DNA from: Squalus acanthias
Lineage: Eukaryota
Assembly (NCBI GenBank): GCA_030390025.1
Contig: CM059437.1
Location: forward strand, 54,436,001-54,500,000
DNA: 64,000 nucleotides
Direction: 5' to 3'
Positions 1-10,855 of this stretch are shown here, one piece after another. Positions within the stretch are counted from its first letter, which is position 1. Every line of letters starts with the position of its first letter. Under the pieces are notes generated by a model. That model ran no database searches. It was not told the DNA's origin and was given only the letters and a program-made list of their open reading frames with translations. The position numbers and the translations under genes were made by a program.

Positions 1-509
1 TAGGCCACATGTTTTTCGCTGTTTTGGCTCCCCAGAAGATGACAGTACCGGAGGGTGCATGAGTGGATATCATCAGCAACTTAGGGTCTGAGACTCCTTT
101 CCCATCTGTCTATTCGTATATTTGAAGCATTGTAATGAACACCAGAGTTTGATCCCGCGTCGATATTAAAATCACTGACAGACTCATTACCTTCGAATCC
201 GATTAATTTGTATGAATAGAACCGCGGGATCAGCATTTGAATTTTTATTTGTCAATTTATTTATCTGTCAGTAAAAAATGTATAACCCTACAGGCAATCC
301 GAGAGACTCAAACGGAATTTTTATTGGGATATTTAGCTACAAGCTGTAGAAAAGGCGCTGCGTTGTATTATAAATTGTTCCATTCAACTTACATCTGGTG
401 AAGCTAAATTTCAAAAACAATTCTAACAGAGTAGGAGATTATACTTCCAAACTATTTACACGTCTTGATCAGAACGTTTTCGATTTAAGCCCCTTTTCCA
501 GGCGTTACA

Positions 510-830
510 CCGGAACATAGGAACAGGAGAACACTAGGGAGTCCCTTGAGCCTGTTCCACCATTCCATTTGATCATGGCTGATATGTACCTCCATTCCGT
601 TTTTCAGACTTTGTTCCCTATCCCTTGATAACCTTAGCCTATAAAAATGTATCGACCTCAGTCCTGAAAATCTCATTTCACGCAACAGCCACAACCGTTT
701 TGTGGCAGGGAGTTTCAGATTTCCACCACCCTTTGTGTGAAAGACTGCTTCCTGGTTTCACTCCTTAATGCCCTAGCTCTAATTTTAAGTCCTTGGCTTT
801 TTGTTCTGGATTCCCCCATCACAGAAAATA
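510..830 (-). mobile_element. CR1 LINE 3' fragment in the J-C intron (paralogs near 33080-33375 and 60980-61275)
   Basis: Minus strand reads GESRTK..GLKIRARALRSETRKQSFTQRVVEI, typical of the CR1 ORF2 C-terminus, followed by a degenerate tail. Boundaries approximate. Confidence 0.7.
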
Positions 831-1598
831 GAGATATGGAGGGAGTGCGGCATTGAAGGAAATGCCTTCCTTTGTATAACGCCATTAAGAGGCGTTCCAC
901 ATTTCTGTTCAAGTGGACGTTTACGATCCCGTTGCATTATTCAAGGTGCAGCAGAAAATCACAGCCCATACCCCCGCCTAACTCATTGCCTTAAAAGAAA
1001 GGGATTTGTGTCTGTAGCTTCTTGCTTTGTTTAAGTTTGCTATCACTGCGCTTCAAAGTAAGATAAGTGAAATCTGATGTGGTGCTATATAATGCTACTC
1101 GTTATTCTTTGTATATTAACATAAACAAGTAGAAGCAGCTGAGCTTTCTGCAGCAGATGGTTCCTCGGCTGACTAGGCAGCTAAAAGCCGAAATACTGGG
1201 TAGCGATTACATCAAACAACGTCTCAAGCGTGAATCTGCCAGGTGCAATTGTAACCCCAGCATTCAAATTATAGCCGGTTGAAAAGAAATGAACAGATTG
1301 GAGCTCTGAATCATTGAACATGCTGGGCGGTGACTTAATAGAGATCTTTAAATTTATGAACGGTATTGAAAGTGGAGACGTAGGAAAAATGTTTCCACTT
1401 GAGGGGTAGTCCAAAACCAGGGATCATCAATATTAGATTGTCACTAATAAATACAAGAAAGAATCCAGGAGAAACTTCTTTGCCCAGAGACTGGTTAGAA
1501 TGTGGAAGTTGCTAACACATGGAACAGTTGAGGCGAAATGCTGAAATGCCATTCAGGGGAAGCTCGATAAATACATGAGGGAACAAGGGATAGAAGGA

Positions 1599-1836
1599 AG
1601 TAACAACAGAAAACGCTGGAAAAACTCAGCAGGCCAGGCAGCATCCGTGGAGAGAGAAAGAGAGTTAACGTTTCAGGTCGATGACCTTTCATCAGAAGGT
1701 CATCGACCTGAAACGTTAACTCTCTTTCTCTCTCCACGGATGCTGCCTGGCCTGCTGAGTTTTTCCAGCGTTTTCTGTTGTTACTTCGGATTTCCAGCAT
1801 CCGCAGTATTTTGCTATCGTATAAGGGATAGAAGGA
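1599..1836. mobile_element. Penelope-like (pLTR-derived) fold-back insertion, specific to cluster A
   Basis: Perfect 92-bp inverted repeat (1597-1688 / 1696-1787, 7-nt spacer). 14-bp TSD AAGGGATAGAAGGA at 1585-1598 and 1823-1836. Empty site in clusters B (near 34142) and C (near 62042). Confidence 0.8.
1662..1697 (-). ncRNA. Minimal type I hammerhead ribozyme-like motif (helix I truncated)
   Basis: Minus strand: tt-CTGATGA-a-AGGTC-atc-GACCT-GAAAC-GTT-aact. Conserved core, 5-bp helix II, palindromic AACGTT helix III. Confidence 0.55.
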
Positions 1837-2335
1837 TATGCAGATAGGCTTAGATGAAGTAGGGTGGGAGGAGGCTCGTGTGGAGAATGAACACTGGCAC
1901 AGACCAGTTGGGCCGAATGGCCTGTTTCTATGCTGGATATTCTATGTAATTTCATGTAATAATCTAAGAAAGGTTGGCGCCGTTGAGCGTGATTATTCTC
2001 GCATCGTAATATTCTTAATAAGTTTGGACTACAGTTTAAAGAAAGAAAAACTATGATCTTCAGGTTTAATCCAAATAAGAGTGAATAGTCTTTCAGTTTT
2101 TTTTTCCTTCTCGATGCACGGAGCTCTCATTTTTTCTTCAATTCGTTACATAGCTTTCTCGATCAACGGACCCTATGTGATTAGTTAAAAAACGTTATTA
2201 ATCTCTCATTGTAACATTCTTAAGCTTGTAAAGTGGTCCCAAATTTAAAACGTTGAAAAGTATAACGTTGAATTTCGACATTTCACATCCAATTCAGAGT
2301 GGATCTTCACAGGTTTTTTCTACTTTTCTTTGTAG

Positions 2336-2658
2336 ATCCGCTGGCTCCGTCGGTGACCGTCCTTCCGCCTTCATCGGATCAAATCGCAGCAAAGACCACG
2401 GCGACCCTGGTGTGTTTGGTGAACGGCTTTAACCCGGGCGCTGTGGAGATTGAGTGGACTGTCGATGGCAGTGTCAGAGAAAATGGTGTTGAGACCAGTC
2501 GGGTCCAGCAGCAGACGGACAACACGTTTAGTGTGAGCAGTTATCTGACTCTGCCAGCCTCAGAGTGGAACTCACACGAGCTTTACTCCTGTGTGGATAA
2601 ACACGAGACTCAGGAAAACCCGCTTCAAACAAGTATCGCCAGATCGAGTTGTATCTGA
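2336..2658 (+). CDS. IGLC: Ig light chain lambda/type II constant-region exon, cluster A (its leader and VJ lie upstream of the window)
   Basis: Polypyrimidine tract plus TAG acceptor at 2333-2335, phase 1. Encodes PLAPSVTVLPPSS..ATLVCLVNGFNPG..IEWTVDG..YSC..H..SIARSSCI*, an Ig C1-set domain with both Cys, the Trp and the penultimate interchain Cys. Confidence 0.95.
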
Positions 2659-2769
2659 TTCAAGAATCTTATATATTCGTCTAATATACCATCAGTAAAC
2701 GTTCTTTGAACAAAGTTCGAAATTAAAGGTTAGTTTTTTTAGTTCAATTGCTGTATTTCAAGTTATAAC

Positions 2770-2874
2770 AATAAATATGCAGTTAGTTTGTGTGCTTGAT
2801 TCCACTGGGTGTACCCAAGAGTGTGCTGAGTCTGCAGTCATCACACCTTTACTGTCTCATTGCAGTGTAATAAA
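2770..2874 (+). terminator. Polyadenylation signals of cluster A
   Basis: AATAAA at 2770-2775 and 2869-2874. The distal one is kept in all three clusters (35154-35159, 63070-63075); the proximal one reads AATGAA in cluster C. Confidence 0.65.
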
Positions 2875-3279
2875 AGTATTGTTCCACTGTCTCAGATTAT
2901 GTCATTCTTTTCTTGCTTTAGTTCTCTCCGAATTTATGACCATTTTTAAAACTTTCAAATCTCGAGGTTCCACTCTTTGTAAACGTTTTCAAATTTACAT
3001 AAAGTTGCCAAACTCTCGATCGAAATAACGGTTTCACAGAACGGATGAGTGACCGGGTCGAAATATAACAACGCATAAAATGCTCAATTCGGTTTTTATA
3101 TTGATTGAACTGCATTGCGTCTGTGATTGCGTTTAAGATTCTCCCTTTTTCTGAATGATCTCGGTGAGCAACTACATAAATACCAAATAACGTTGTATCA
3201 TACCCGTTGGAAAAGATAAATCTTAATCAGAGTTCCAGTAGAACGAGAATAGATCCTGAATTGAAAAGAAAACCCATAG

Positions 3280-3430
3280 GATCATAGAATGATGCCGCAC
3301 AGAAAGTGGCCATTCGGTCCAGCGGGCTTGTGCTGGCTCTTTGGAAGTGCTTGTTCAATAGTCCCACTCCCCTGCTCTTTCCGCATAGCCCTGCGATTTT
3401 CTCCTCTTCAAGTATTTCAGCGCCATCTCT
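3280..3430 (-). mobile_element. CR1 LINE 3'-terminal fragment (paralogs near 35555-35700 and 63475-63620)
   Basis: catagaat-type tail followed by ggccattcgg..gctctttcc..atagccctg, the reverse complement of a CR1 3' end. Confidence 0.6.
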
Positions 3431-3945
3431 AAATTCATGCTACAAGTAGTAAAAGCGTGAGAAACATCCACATGTTAGAGTTCATTTTGAATCCAGTTTA
3501 ATTGCATTGACCAGACGCATAAGAACAGGAACAGTACAAATACCACTTTTTGTGCAAAATGCTTAGTGAACCAAAGGTATCGCTGTGGAGTGTTAGAAGG
3601 TGTACATAGATAACGGCTAAATTAGGATAACTTGACATGATCAGAATGCATTATGGTTGAATCCCTTGAGAATTAGTAATGTTATTATAGTCCAAACTAG
3701 ATTAGGGATAATGGAAAAATACATGCTGAGCTCATCAAAGCCATGTAAGAGAATAGGCGTAAGAGATCGTGAGCTAAAAAGAACTGGAACAAGGGATACA
3801 AAGACAGCAGTTGAGATGGAGTTCCAAGAGCAGAACTATTACAACTCAGTTCAGATATGCCTGTTTGCTAACCAGTATAAATATGAATGATCAGCAACAA
3901 CGTTTAGTCTTAGCGCTGCAAATTGCCATGAACATTATAGTCTGT

Positions 3946-4838
3946 GGGGGAGAAATTCAGTATCGCCCCATTTGGGGCGCAATTATCGGCCGGCGGAAAG
4001 ATTAGCGCCTGGCGCTAATTATCGCCACCGACTGCAAACTTGACTTTTATCGCCCCTGGAGGTGATTGCAGCGCTATATCAGGCGCTTCACACCTGTCTT
4101 AAGGCGCAAATGCCGAGGAGCGAGGCGTTACCTCAGAGCGCTGGCGAAGCTCATGTAATGTCAGTCAGCAATGGAACACACACACAATGGCACGGGCCAG
4201 TTCTTAAAGGGGATGGTTAATCTTGCTTTCCATCCACATCCTGCTCATTGCAGCCTTGAATCTCGGCCTGGAGAGACCTGCACATCAAATGTGCTGGAAA
4301 GAACAATGGAGAGTACCAGACAAAGAGCTCAGCGTGCAGCCCCCATAGTCTCTGCTAAATCGAAACAAGGAATGGCAAATCAAAATGAACCTGCAAAGTG
4401 CTGCTCAGTACCCAAAACTCCTTCACACAACGTTGAATCTCTCCAGAAGTCTCTCCCTCTCTCTCTCAGAATGCGTAGTTCAAAAATGAAACCAACAATA
4501 AAAGGCAGGAAGCGGGACACCTTTAAATAGCGCTCCCCCTTTCCCTTCATGACTGCAGAACGCTCCCCTCAACCTGTCGTTGCTAGCGTCAGGCGGTAAG
4601 GCAGGGGGCGCCACTCAATATCCGCTCCGGGGCGATACCGGGGTGTTGTGCACTCGAGTGACGTCATGATCTGCCGGCGCAGGAGATCGTGGCGGTAGTG
4701 TTTAGCGCCGCCGCAAAATGTCAAGTTAATTTCGCGAGCAGTGCAAACTTCACCACGCCTGGGCGCTAGATGCTTTGCGCCCCATTAGCGCCCTCTTAAG
4801 GCGCTAACGGAAGGCGCAACCAACTGAATTTTTCCCCC
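3946..4838. mobile_element. Non-autonomous PIF/Harbinger-like DNA transposon (MITE), spacer A only
   Basis: TIRs GGGGGAGAAATTCAGT / ACTGAATTTTTCCCCC. 3-bp TSD TGT (3943-3945, 4839-4841). Empty site gtctgtatgtccc at about 36451. Confidence 0.8.
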
Positions 4839-5289
4839 TGTATGTCCCAAATAGACATTCTACTTCTGAGTTAATAGACGTATATTACTTACTTGTAGTC
4901 TTAGTACGTTCTCAAATATCAATAAACATCAGTCAATGTGTCACTTACGCATGCGTCTTAGAATCTGTCAATTACTTTTTATACAACAGTTTTGGCAACT
5001 TGTAGCAAGACTCTAAGCTTTGCGTATTTGACCAGCGATCTGTGACTGATCAACCCGGAGCCAACCCCAACGTGTATTAGAGGGAATTCAGGAATAGCAA
5101 TTGAAGTTGGCGTTAACAATAAACTGTAGAAGTAATGGAGAATTTAGGAGAAAACCTACACAAATACAACCCCAGCCGCGCTGGTGGCCCACTAACACTA
5201 ATGGACTTAATGGAGAACAGCGACCCCTGAGCGAGTTGGTTCAGGTTCTAGAGATATAGCTCGTTAGTGACCCATAGAATTATAAAAAT

Positions 5290-6530
5290 AACACCAAAGC
5301 AGACGATGACGTAGTCCAGCAGATGCCAGTGCTTGGAGCGAGGGTGTTGCCATGAAGCCTTGTAATTGTCTCTCTGACGGAAACAAGGTGTTGGTTATGA
5401 CAAGGCCATGTTCTAAGCATTTCGTCAGGAGGAGGGTACCATAGGAGTTGACTTGCCCTACCCGCTTTCTGCCGATCACACCTCCCCAGCGGTCAGTGTT
5501 CTTTCCAACTCCGGCGTTAAAGTCACGAAGGAGGATCAGCTTGTCGACGCTGGGACTCAGAACAGGGATTGTTCGAGGCTGGAGTAGAATTCCTCTTTGG
5601 TCTCATCTGTGGCTTCCAGTGTTGGGGTGTACGCACTGATGACCGTAGCGCACTGGTTCCAGGCTAGGGTGAGCCGAAGAGTCATGAGGCGCTCGTTTAT
5701 TCTGCAAGGGCAGTCTCTGAGATGCCCAACAAGCTCATTTTTTATGATGAAGCCTACCCTATCAAGGCCGCTTTCTTCTTCAGGTTTGCCTTTCCAGAAG
5801 TAGGCATAAGCACCGCCTTACTCCTTGAGCTGGCCGTCCCCTGCCTGCCAGATCTCGCTTCGGGCGGCAATGTCTATGTTGAAACATCTGAGCTCCCGGG
5901 CAACGATAGCAGTACGGCGTTCCGTTCTGTGGATGTTGGGGTTGTCCATGAGGGTCCTGACGTTCCAGGTTCTGAACTTTATTTTTGAAGGGTGGAAGAT
6001 GCCTGTGCATGAATTATTTTATTGTGGGGTGGCCGTTGCACAGCAGCTACCACATGGGCTTGACAGAGTAAGGTCTTGGTCCAATGGCAAGGGGATCCAA
6101 ATGATTGGAGACCAGGCTCTGCTACATCGGCCTAGCACACACACACAAACATACTCCTACTGTCCTCCTCCCTCCTTCCCGCGGGTCCACTCTGCCTGGG
6201 TTTCATAGGATGCAGTGTGATCCTCCCGACCTCGCTGTTGGCCCGTGCTGCACCTTCCTTGGCCCTGATCCCGCTGCTGATCCACGTTGTGCCACTCCTG
6301 CGCCTCAACCTCGTGGCTGGCCTTGTCTTCGCTCCTGGGCCCCGTCCTCACCAGGGGGCCTCGTCCTCGCCCCTGGGCCTCGACCTTGCTCCTGGGCCTC
6401 GTCCTCGCTCCTGGGGCTCGTCCTCGCTCCTGGCCTCGACCTCGCTCCTGGGCCTCGTCCTCGTTCCTGGGTCCCGGCCTCGCTGCTCCTCCCGTCTCTA
6501 CTCCTGGGCCTCGACCAGCGCAGCTGTCGT
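5290..6530 (-). mobile_element. RTE-clade LINE 5' portion (5' UTR plus broken APE endonuclease)
   Basis: Minus-strand frames give WNVRTLMD..ERRTAIVAREL, VISVYAPTLEA, DKLILL.DFNA.VG and QHPRSKHWHLLDY, all RTE/BovB-type endonuclease motifs. Absent from spacer B. Confidence 0.8.
6321..6515. repeat. GC-rich 19-bp minisatellite (consensus CCTCGTCCTCGCTCCTGGG, about 9 copies) upstream of the RTE ORF
   Basis: Units start at 6321, 6340, 6359, 6378, 6397, 6416, 6434 and 6453, then degenerate. Confidence 0.85.
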
Positions 6531-6584
6531 GTAGAAACCGGTGCTAAAGTGAAATATCATAGTTAAGTTACACTCTTTTAAAGC

Positions 6585-6990
6585 CTGGATATTAAAAATC
6601 TCATCCTCCTGTTCAAATCCCTCTGTCGTCTTGCACTTCCCTAACACTGTCACCTCCTCAAGCCATACAACCCTCCGATAATGCTGCACTCCTCCAACTC
6701 TGGACTCTTGTGCATGTCCCACTTCCTTCACCCCAACATTGGAGGCCGTGACTTCAGACGCCGAGGACCAAAGCTCTGAATTAGCTCCCCAAACGACTTT
6801 GCGACTTCACCTCTCTCTCCTCCTTTAAAACGGTGCTTACAAACTACCTCCTTGACTAAGTGTTTGGCTATTTGTCCTAATGTCTCCTTCTTCGGCTCGC
6901 TGTCAATTGTTGTCTGTTTACGCTCCTGTAAAGCTCAGTGGGTCGTTTTCCTACATTAAAGGTGCTATATAAATGTATGTTGATGTTATT
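6585..6990 (+). mobile_element. L2-clade LINE 3' end fragment (paralog near 40085-40495)
   Basis: Characteristic 3' end cgctcctgtaaagc..ctacattaaaggtgctatataaatgta..gttg. Confidence 0.65.
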
Positions 6991-7136
6991 CTATAGATAC
7001 TGAGAACAAAACTAAAAGTAGCAGTGACCCCCTCAGTGACATTCACTCCCAACCTGTCTCCATTCGAAGCAACATGCACTTACCCTCACTCTTTGTTTTC
7101 TGTCCTCAAATGACTTTCTATCCATGCTGCTACATT

Positions 7137-7899
7137 GGCCCAGAAATTAAACATGGATGGTTCCCGCGGGTGTAAGGATTCCCCGCGATATCGCACTCGC
7201 GCCTACCTTTTTGCTCCGGGCCCACACGAACTTTAGTTTCAAAGGCTCTCTCTGTTGGAACCGTGCAGTGCTTGCGTGATGCAGAGGCGCAATTAGTTTG
7301 TGCGAGCTCTGGGATCACGTGATTCAGTTAGAGCCAATGGCAGCACACCATCTTTCATTCATAGTTTTGACGGCAAGAGCTGTCAAAGCTATGAATACTA
7401 CAAACCCCCAAAAGAACATCTAAACCTCAAATAAATTTTAAAAAAGCCATCAGATTAATAAAATAAGTATAGTTAAATAAATTAACCACTTTAAACAAAA
7501 AATTAAAATTTTTGAAAAAATGTAAAATCTTTTTAAAAGTTATAAAAATAAACTTACCTTTCTTTAAAGTCTCTAAAAAAGATAAACCTGTTGAAAAAAA
7601 TTTAAAATAACACTTAATTAACTACTTACCTTGTTAAAAGTGGGTCCTACGCCTGCTTTCTTTGTGTGTAAAATCTTCATCACTTACCTGCGCGTTCAAA
7701 ACTGAAAAATAAACTTAGTGCACTGCGTGCGCACAGCCTGTAGTGCGCACGCCGTTCACTTAGGAACCGCCCCCTTTTCAATTCACAAAGTGCCGGTTTC
7801 CCGCGCATGCGCAGTGCATGCAGGAAACCGGCAATTCGGGATCTAATACGCGAGAGTACACAGTGCGTACTCTCGCGTATTAGGTTTAATTTTCGGGCC
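7137..7899. mobile_element. PIF/Harbinger-like MITE, spacer A only
   Basis: TIRs GGCCCAGAAATTAAAC / GTTTAATTTTCGGGCC. TSD ATT (7134-7136, 7900-7902). Empty site gctacatttcctc at about 40641. Confidence 0.8.
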
Positions 7900-8499
7900 A
7901 TTATCTCTTTTACCATATGCCTAAATTTTCTAACACGCCTTCTGGAAATCCGTGCACACTACATCCACTGAATTCTCTTTCTCTCTGTAATCAATTCAAT
8001 GGATCCATATTTTGCATGCGAGAATATTGAATTGCAAGCCTGTGACATGCCCATTATTTATTTCAAAACAGCATTAAAGTATAATACAGACAGATTTTAG
8101 TACCACAAATGAGTCCTGGAGTCGATTTGTGGGGACAACTTGACAGTGACGTACCCAAAACTTCTTGAAGGAGGGAGAAACAATGTGATGAAGTCCATCC
8201 TATTGCAATGGTATAGAGATAAATAGAGGAAGAATAAACCTTCTGTCTAAAAAAGTATACATAATTCATGATGTACCGTCTACATTTAGAGCTAGGTCTG
8301 GGCCCACTGGGGAAAAACTAAATGCTACCCGTTTCTTGCATGTTAAACTTCCATGAAGTGGTATTTGTATTAGACTATTACACAATGTTAATATGTTAAT
8401 TATGCCATGAACGCACAGTCTGGGAGGTGTGAACAATATTGCACCATGTATCATTCAAGTTGGCGATCAGAGCAAACATTAAATCATTAATATGCATTT

Positions 8500-8980
8500 T
8501 TCGTGCCAGTATTCTAACTCGCATAATTCCCGTTCCCCCATCACCACTGTGCTCGCTGACCTACATTGGCTATTCATCCAGCAATGCCTCAATGTTAAAA
8601 TTCACATCTTTCTTTTTAAATTCCTCCATGGCCTCACCCCTCCATATCTCTCTAAACACCTCCAGCGCTACAACCGCCTCAGAACTCTGCATTCTTCCAA
8701 ATCTGGCCGCTTGAGCAACACCGATTTTAATCGCTCAGCCATTGGCTGCGTGCCTTCAGCTGCCCAGGTCCACAGCTCTGGATTTGCCTCCCTGAAACTC
8801 TCCGCCTCTCTACCTCTCTCCTTCTTTAACATTCTCCTTAAAACCTATCTCGTTGACCAAGTTTTTGGTTACCTGTCGTAATGTCTCCTTATGTGGCTTG
8901 GTGTCAAATTTTGCTTGATAACGCTCCTGTGAATCACCTTGGGACGTTATGCTACGTTAAAGGCACGATATAAATAAAAT
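8500..8980 (+). mobile_element. L2-clade LINE 3' end fragment (paralog near 41235-41715)
   Basis: RSPITTVLADLHWL..FKFLHGLTPPYLS..LLKTYL motif and the L2 3' tail. Confidence 0.75.
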
Positions 8981-9298
8981 CTGGGGGTTTAGCGCTGGCT
9001 GTTGAGGCCGTTTTGAAAGAAAAATGCGGCAGCCGCCATTTTGGGCAGGTCGGCAGCGCTGCCGATACCTGCGCTCGCTGCAGATATTTAGATTAGGCTG
9101 ATCGTGACGTCAGTGTCTGTGCAACGCGCACTTGATGCCCGATCTGCCGTTTTCAGCATCGCAGCGCCATTTACTGGTCTATGTAAATCAAAACCAGCTG
9201 ACCAAGCGTTCAGCAGCAGGAAGGAGGCTCCAGCAGCACTATTTAAAGGGATCATCATCAACAACATGCAGCTGACATGGTTTTTCTGTTTGACGGAC

Positions 9299-9784
9299 CG
9301 AAGTGGGACATTGCGCCCTTCAGGAATTAAGGGGTTAGCAATGCAGCTTGTACACTAACAGAAACGGCTGAGACAGAAACCGGCGGAGACAGCCCAGATA
9401 TGCTGACCACAAGGTCTCGATGCTTTTCAAGATTAGATGGCAAACTATGGAACCTAGAGATAAGTAAAGAAGGATGCAACCACACGGGGCATAGAGACAG
9501 AAATGTTGAGTAAAGGTTACAAGTTGAAAGATCATCTGCTTTATTGATAAAGGAAGCGGTACCTTAAAACTACACAGCTGGACTAGAATTATAGGCGAAT
9601 GATTATGTGACGCTAGATAGGGAATTAGCCAATCAGCAACTGTGCACGCGGGCTTTAGGTCAATTAAACTGTGTAACGGGATCGTGCACGGGACTGAGTT
9701 TGTATGATTGAGTGTATAAAAGATTGCTTAAAATTTGTAACAGCGGAGAAGTCTCCTGGTGTTGGTTTACAATACCCCACAACA
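9299..9784 (+). mobile_element. Probable solo LTR, spacer A only
   Basis: 486-bp insert absent from the paralog (near 42025). Ends in CA. Flanked by a near-TSD CGGAC/CTGAC. Contains a CCAAT box (agccaatcag) and a TATA-like gtataaaa. Confidence 0.5.
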
Positions 9785-9919
9785 CTGACGCTGTGTAACT
9801 TTCTGCAACTCTTGTAGCTTTCTCAACTTGTTTCAAGTTTCTGAGGTGACAGGGAGTGTTGGTGCAAGTGGAGAACGCCTTCACTCTCATTTACAGGCTT
9901 CTGCTCACACCACTTACTC

Positions 9920-10290
9920 ACAGTCAAGGGGCTCTACTTGCAGTCCCCTTCGTGCTCGAGTATCTTCAGGAGGGAGCGGAGGCAGCAAAAAAGAGGGGAA
10001 GCTGCATGCAGATGGACTAGAAGAAGGGCCAGGAGGGCTCTCAACAGGAGGCCTTACCGCCTAGGGTCTTCATCTTATCTCCACTTAAGCAAGGAGCAGT
10101 GTAGTAGGAGTTTCAGCCAAGGAGATGGTCACACAACTCTGCCACCTCCTGCAACCAGACATTCAACCTTAGCACATGGCGAACATGACTCTCCCAATGG
10201 CTCGCAAGGTCACCGTGGCCCTCAATCCTTTCGCCAGCAGATCCTTCCAGTCTGCAGCAGGAGACATAGCTAACATCTCCCATTTCAACG
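9920..10290 (+). pseudogene. Harbinger (HARBI1-like) transposase N-terminal relic
   Basis: RRALNRRPY..SYLHLSKEQCSR..LCHLLQPD..VTVALNPFASRSFQSAAGDIANIS, spread across frameshifts. Confidence 0.7.
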
Positions 10291-10299
10291 TACATCACT

Positions 10300-10623
10300 G
10301 CATCCGGATGCAGTTAGAGATGTGACAGGTTTTAAGCAAGTACATAGGCAGGGAAAGAGGGAGGGGAGGAAAGACCAAAAAGGATGGTCTGGGTAGAAGA
10401 CAAAGTAATTAAATGAAAACGGGATGATGGTGCAAGGCAAAAGGGGATGGTTATGGGACAATGAAAGAAACAAAAGATGGGTCTAGAGGAGTTGAACATA
10501 GCAAAAGCAAAATCATTACCAGCAATTGCTGTCCGACTAAATGAGAGCAGTGGTTATGATCTGAAATAGTTGAATGCATTTTTGAGTACAGAAGGCTGTA
10601 AAGTGCCTAATCACAAGATGAGG
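10300..10623 (-). mobile_element. Penelope-like element 3' fragment (ORF C-terminus and 3' UTR); paralog near 42565-42870
   Basis: Minus strand reads LIL*LGTLQPSVLKNAFNYFR, resembling the LGTLxPxGLN end of the PLE GIY-YIG domain. Confidence 0.6.
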
Positions 10624-10855
10624 TCTAACCAAGGTTTGATACAAGTTTAACAAAATTTCTCGGCTTTTCAATTCTATCCCTCTAGAATTGAAACGCAATG
10701 CTTGATTTGCATTTTATGGCCTTATTAACCAGCGTCATGACTTTCAGTGATTTGTGTACCTGTACCCCTCGATCCCTTTGCGCCTCTGCCCCATTCAGAT
10801 TCTTATTATCCAACCATTATGTGGCCTCCTTATTCTTCCAAACAAAGTACACCAC

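Larger units (their letters stand above)
1270..1960 (+). mobile_element. CR1 LINE 3' fragment in the J-C intron, interrupted in cluster A by the 1599-1836 insertion
   Basis: CR1-type 3' end (gaccagttgggccgaatggcctgtttct..tctatgtaatt). Uninterrupted paralogs near 33830-34280 and 61730-62180. Confidence 0.7.

Noticed and set aside
801-1034. 77-79 aa ORF retained in all three J-C introns
   Set aside because: TTG start inside an antisense CR1 fragment and no recognisable domain. Retention is explained by recent duplication.
2299-2335. N-terminal MDLHRFFLLFFV of the C-region ORFs (also 62500-62536), which looks like a signal peptide
   Set aside because: It starts at GTG and is simply the translated polypyrimidine tract and acceptor of the J-C intron.
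6030-6135. Possible HDV-like or twister ribozyme at the RTE 5' region
   Set aside because: Hairpins are present, but I could not fit the nested pseudoknot or the conserved residues by eye. An Infernal search would be needed.
6321-6515. 19-bp repeats as a CRISPR array, or the Pro/Leu-rich ORFs over them as genes
   Set aside because: No spacers, vertebrate context, and the unit is not a multiple of 3. It is a minisatellite.
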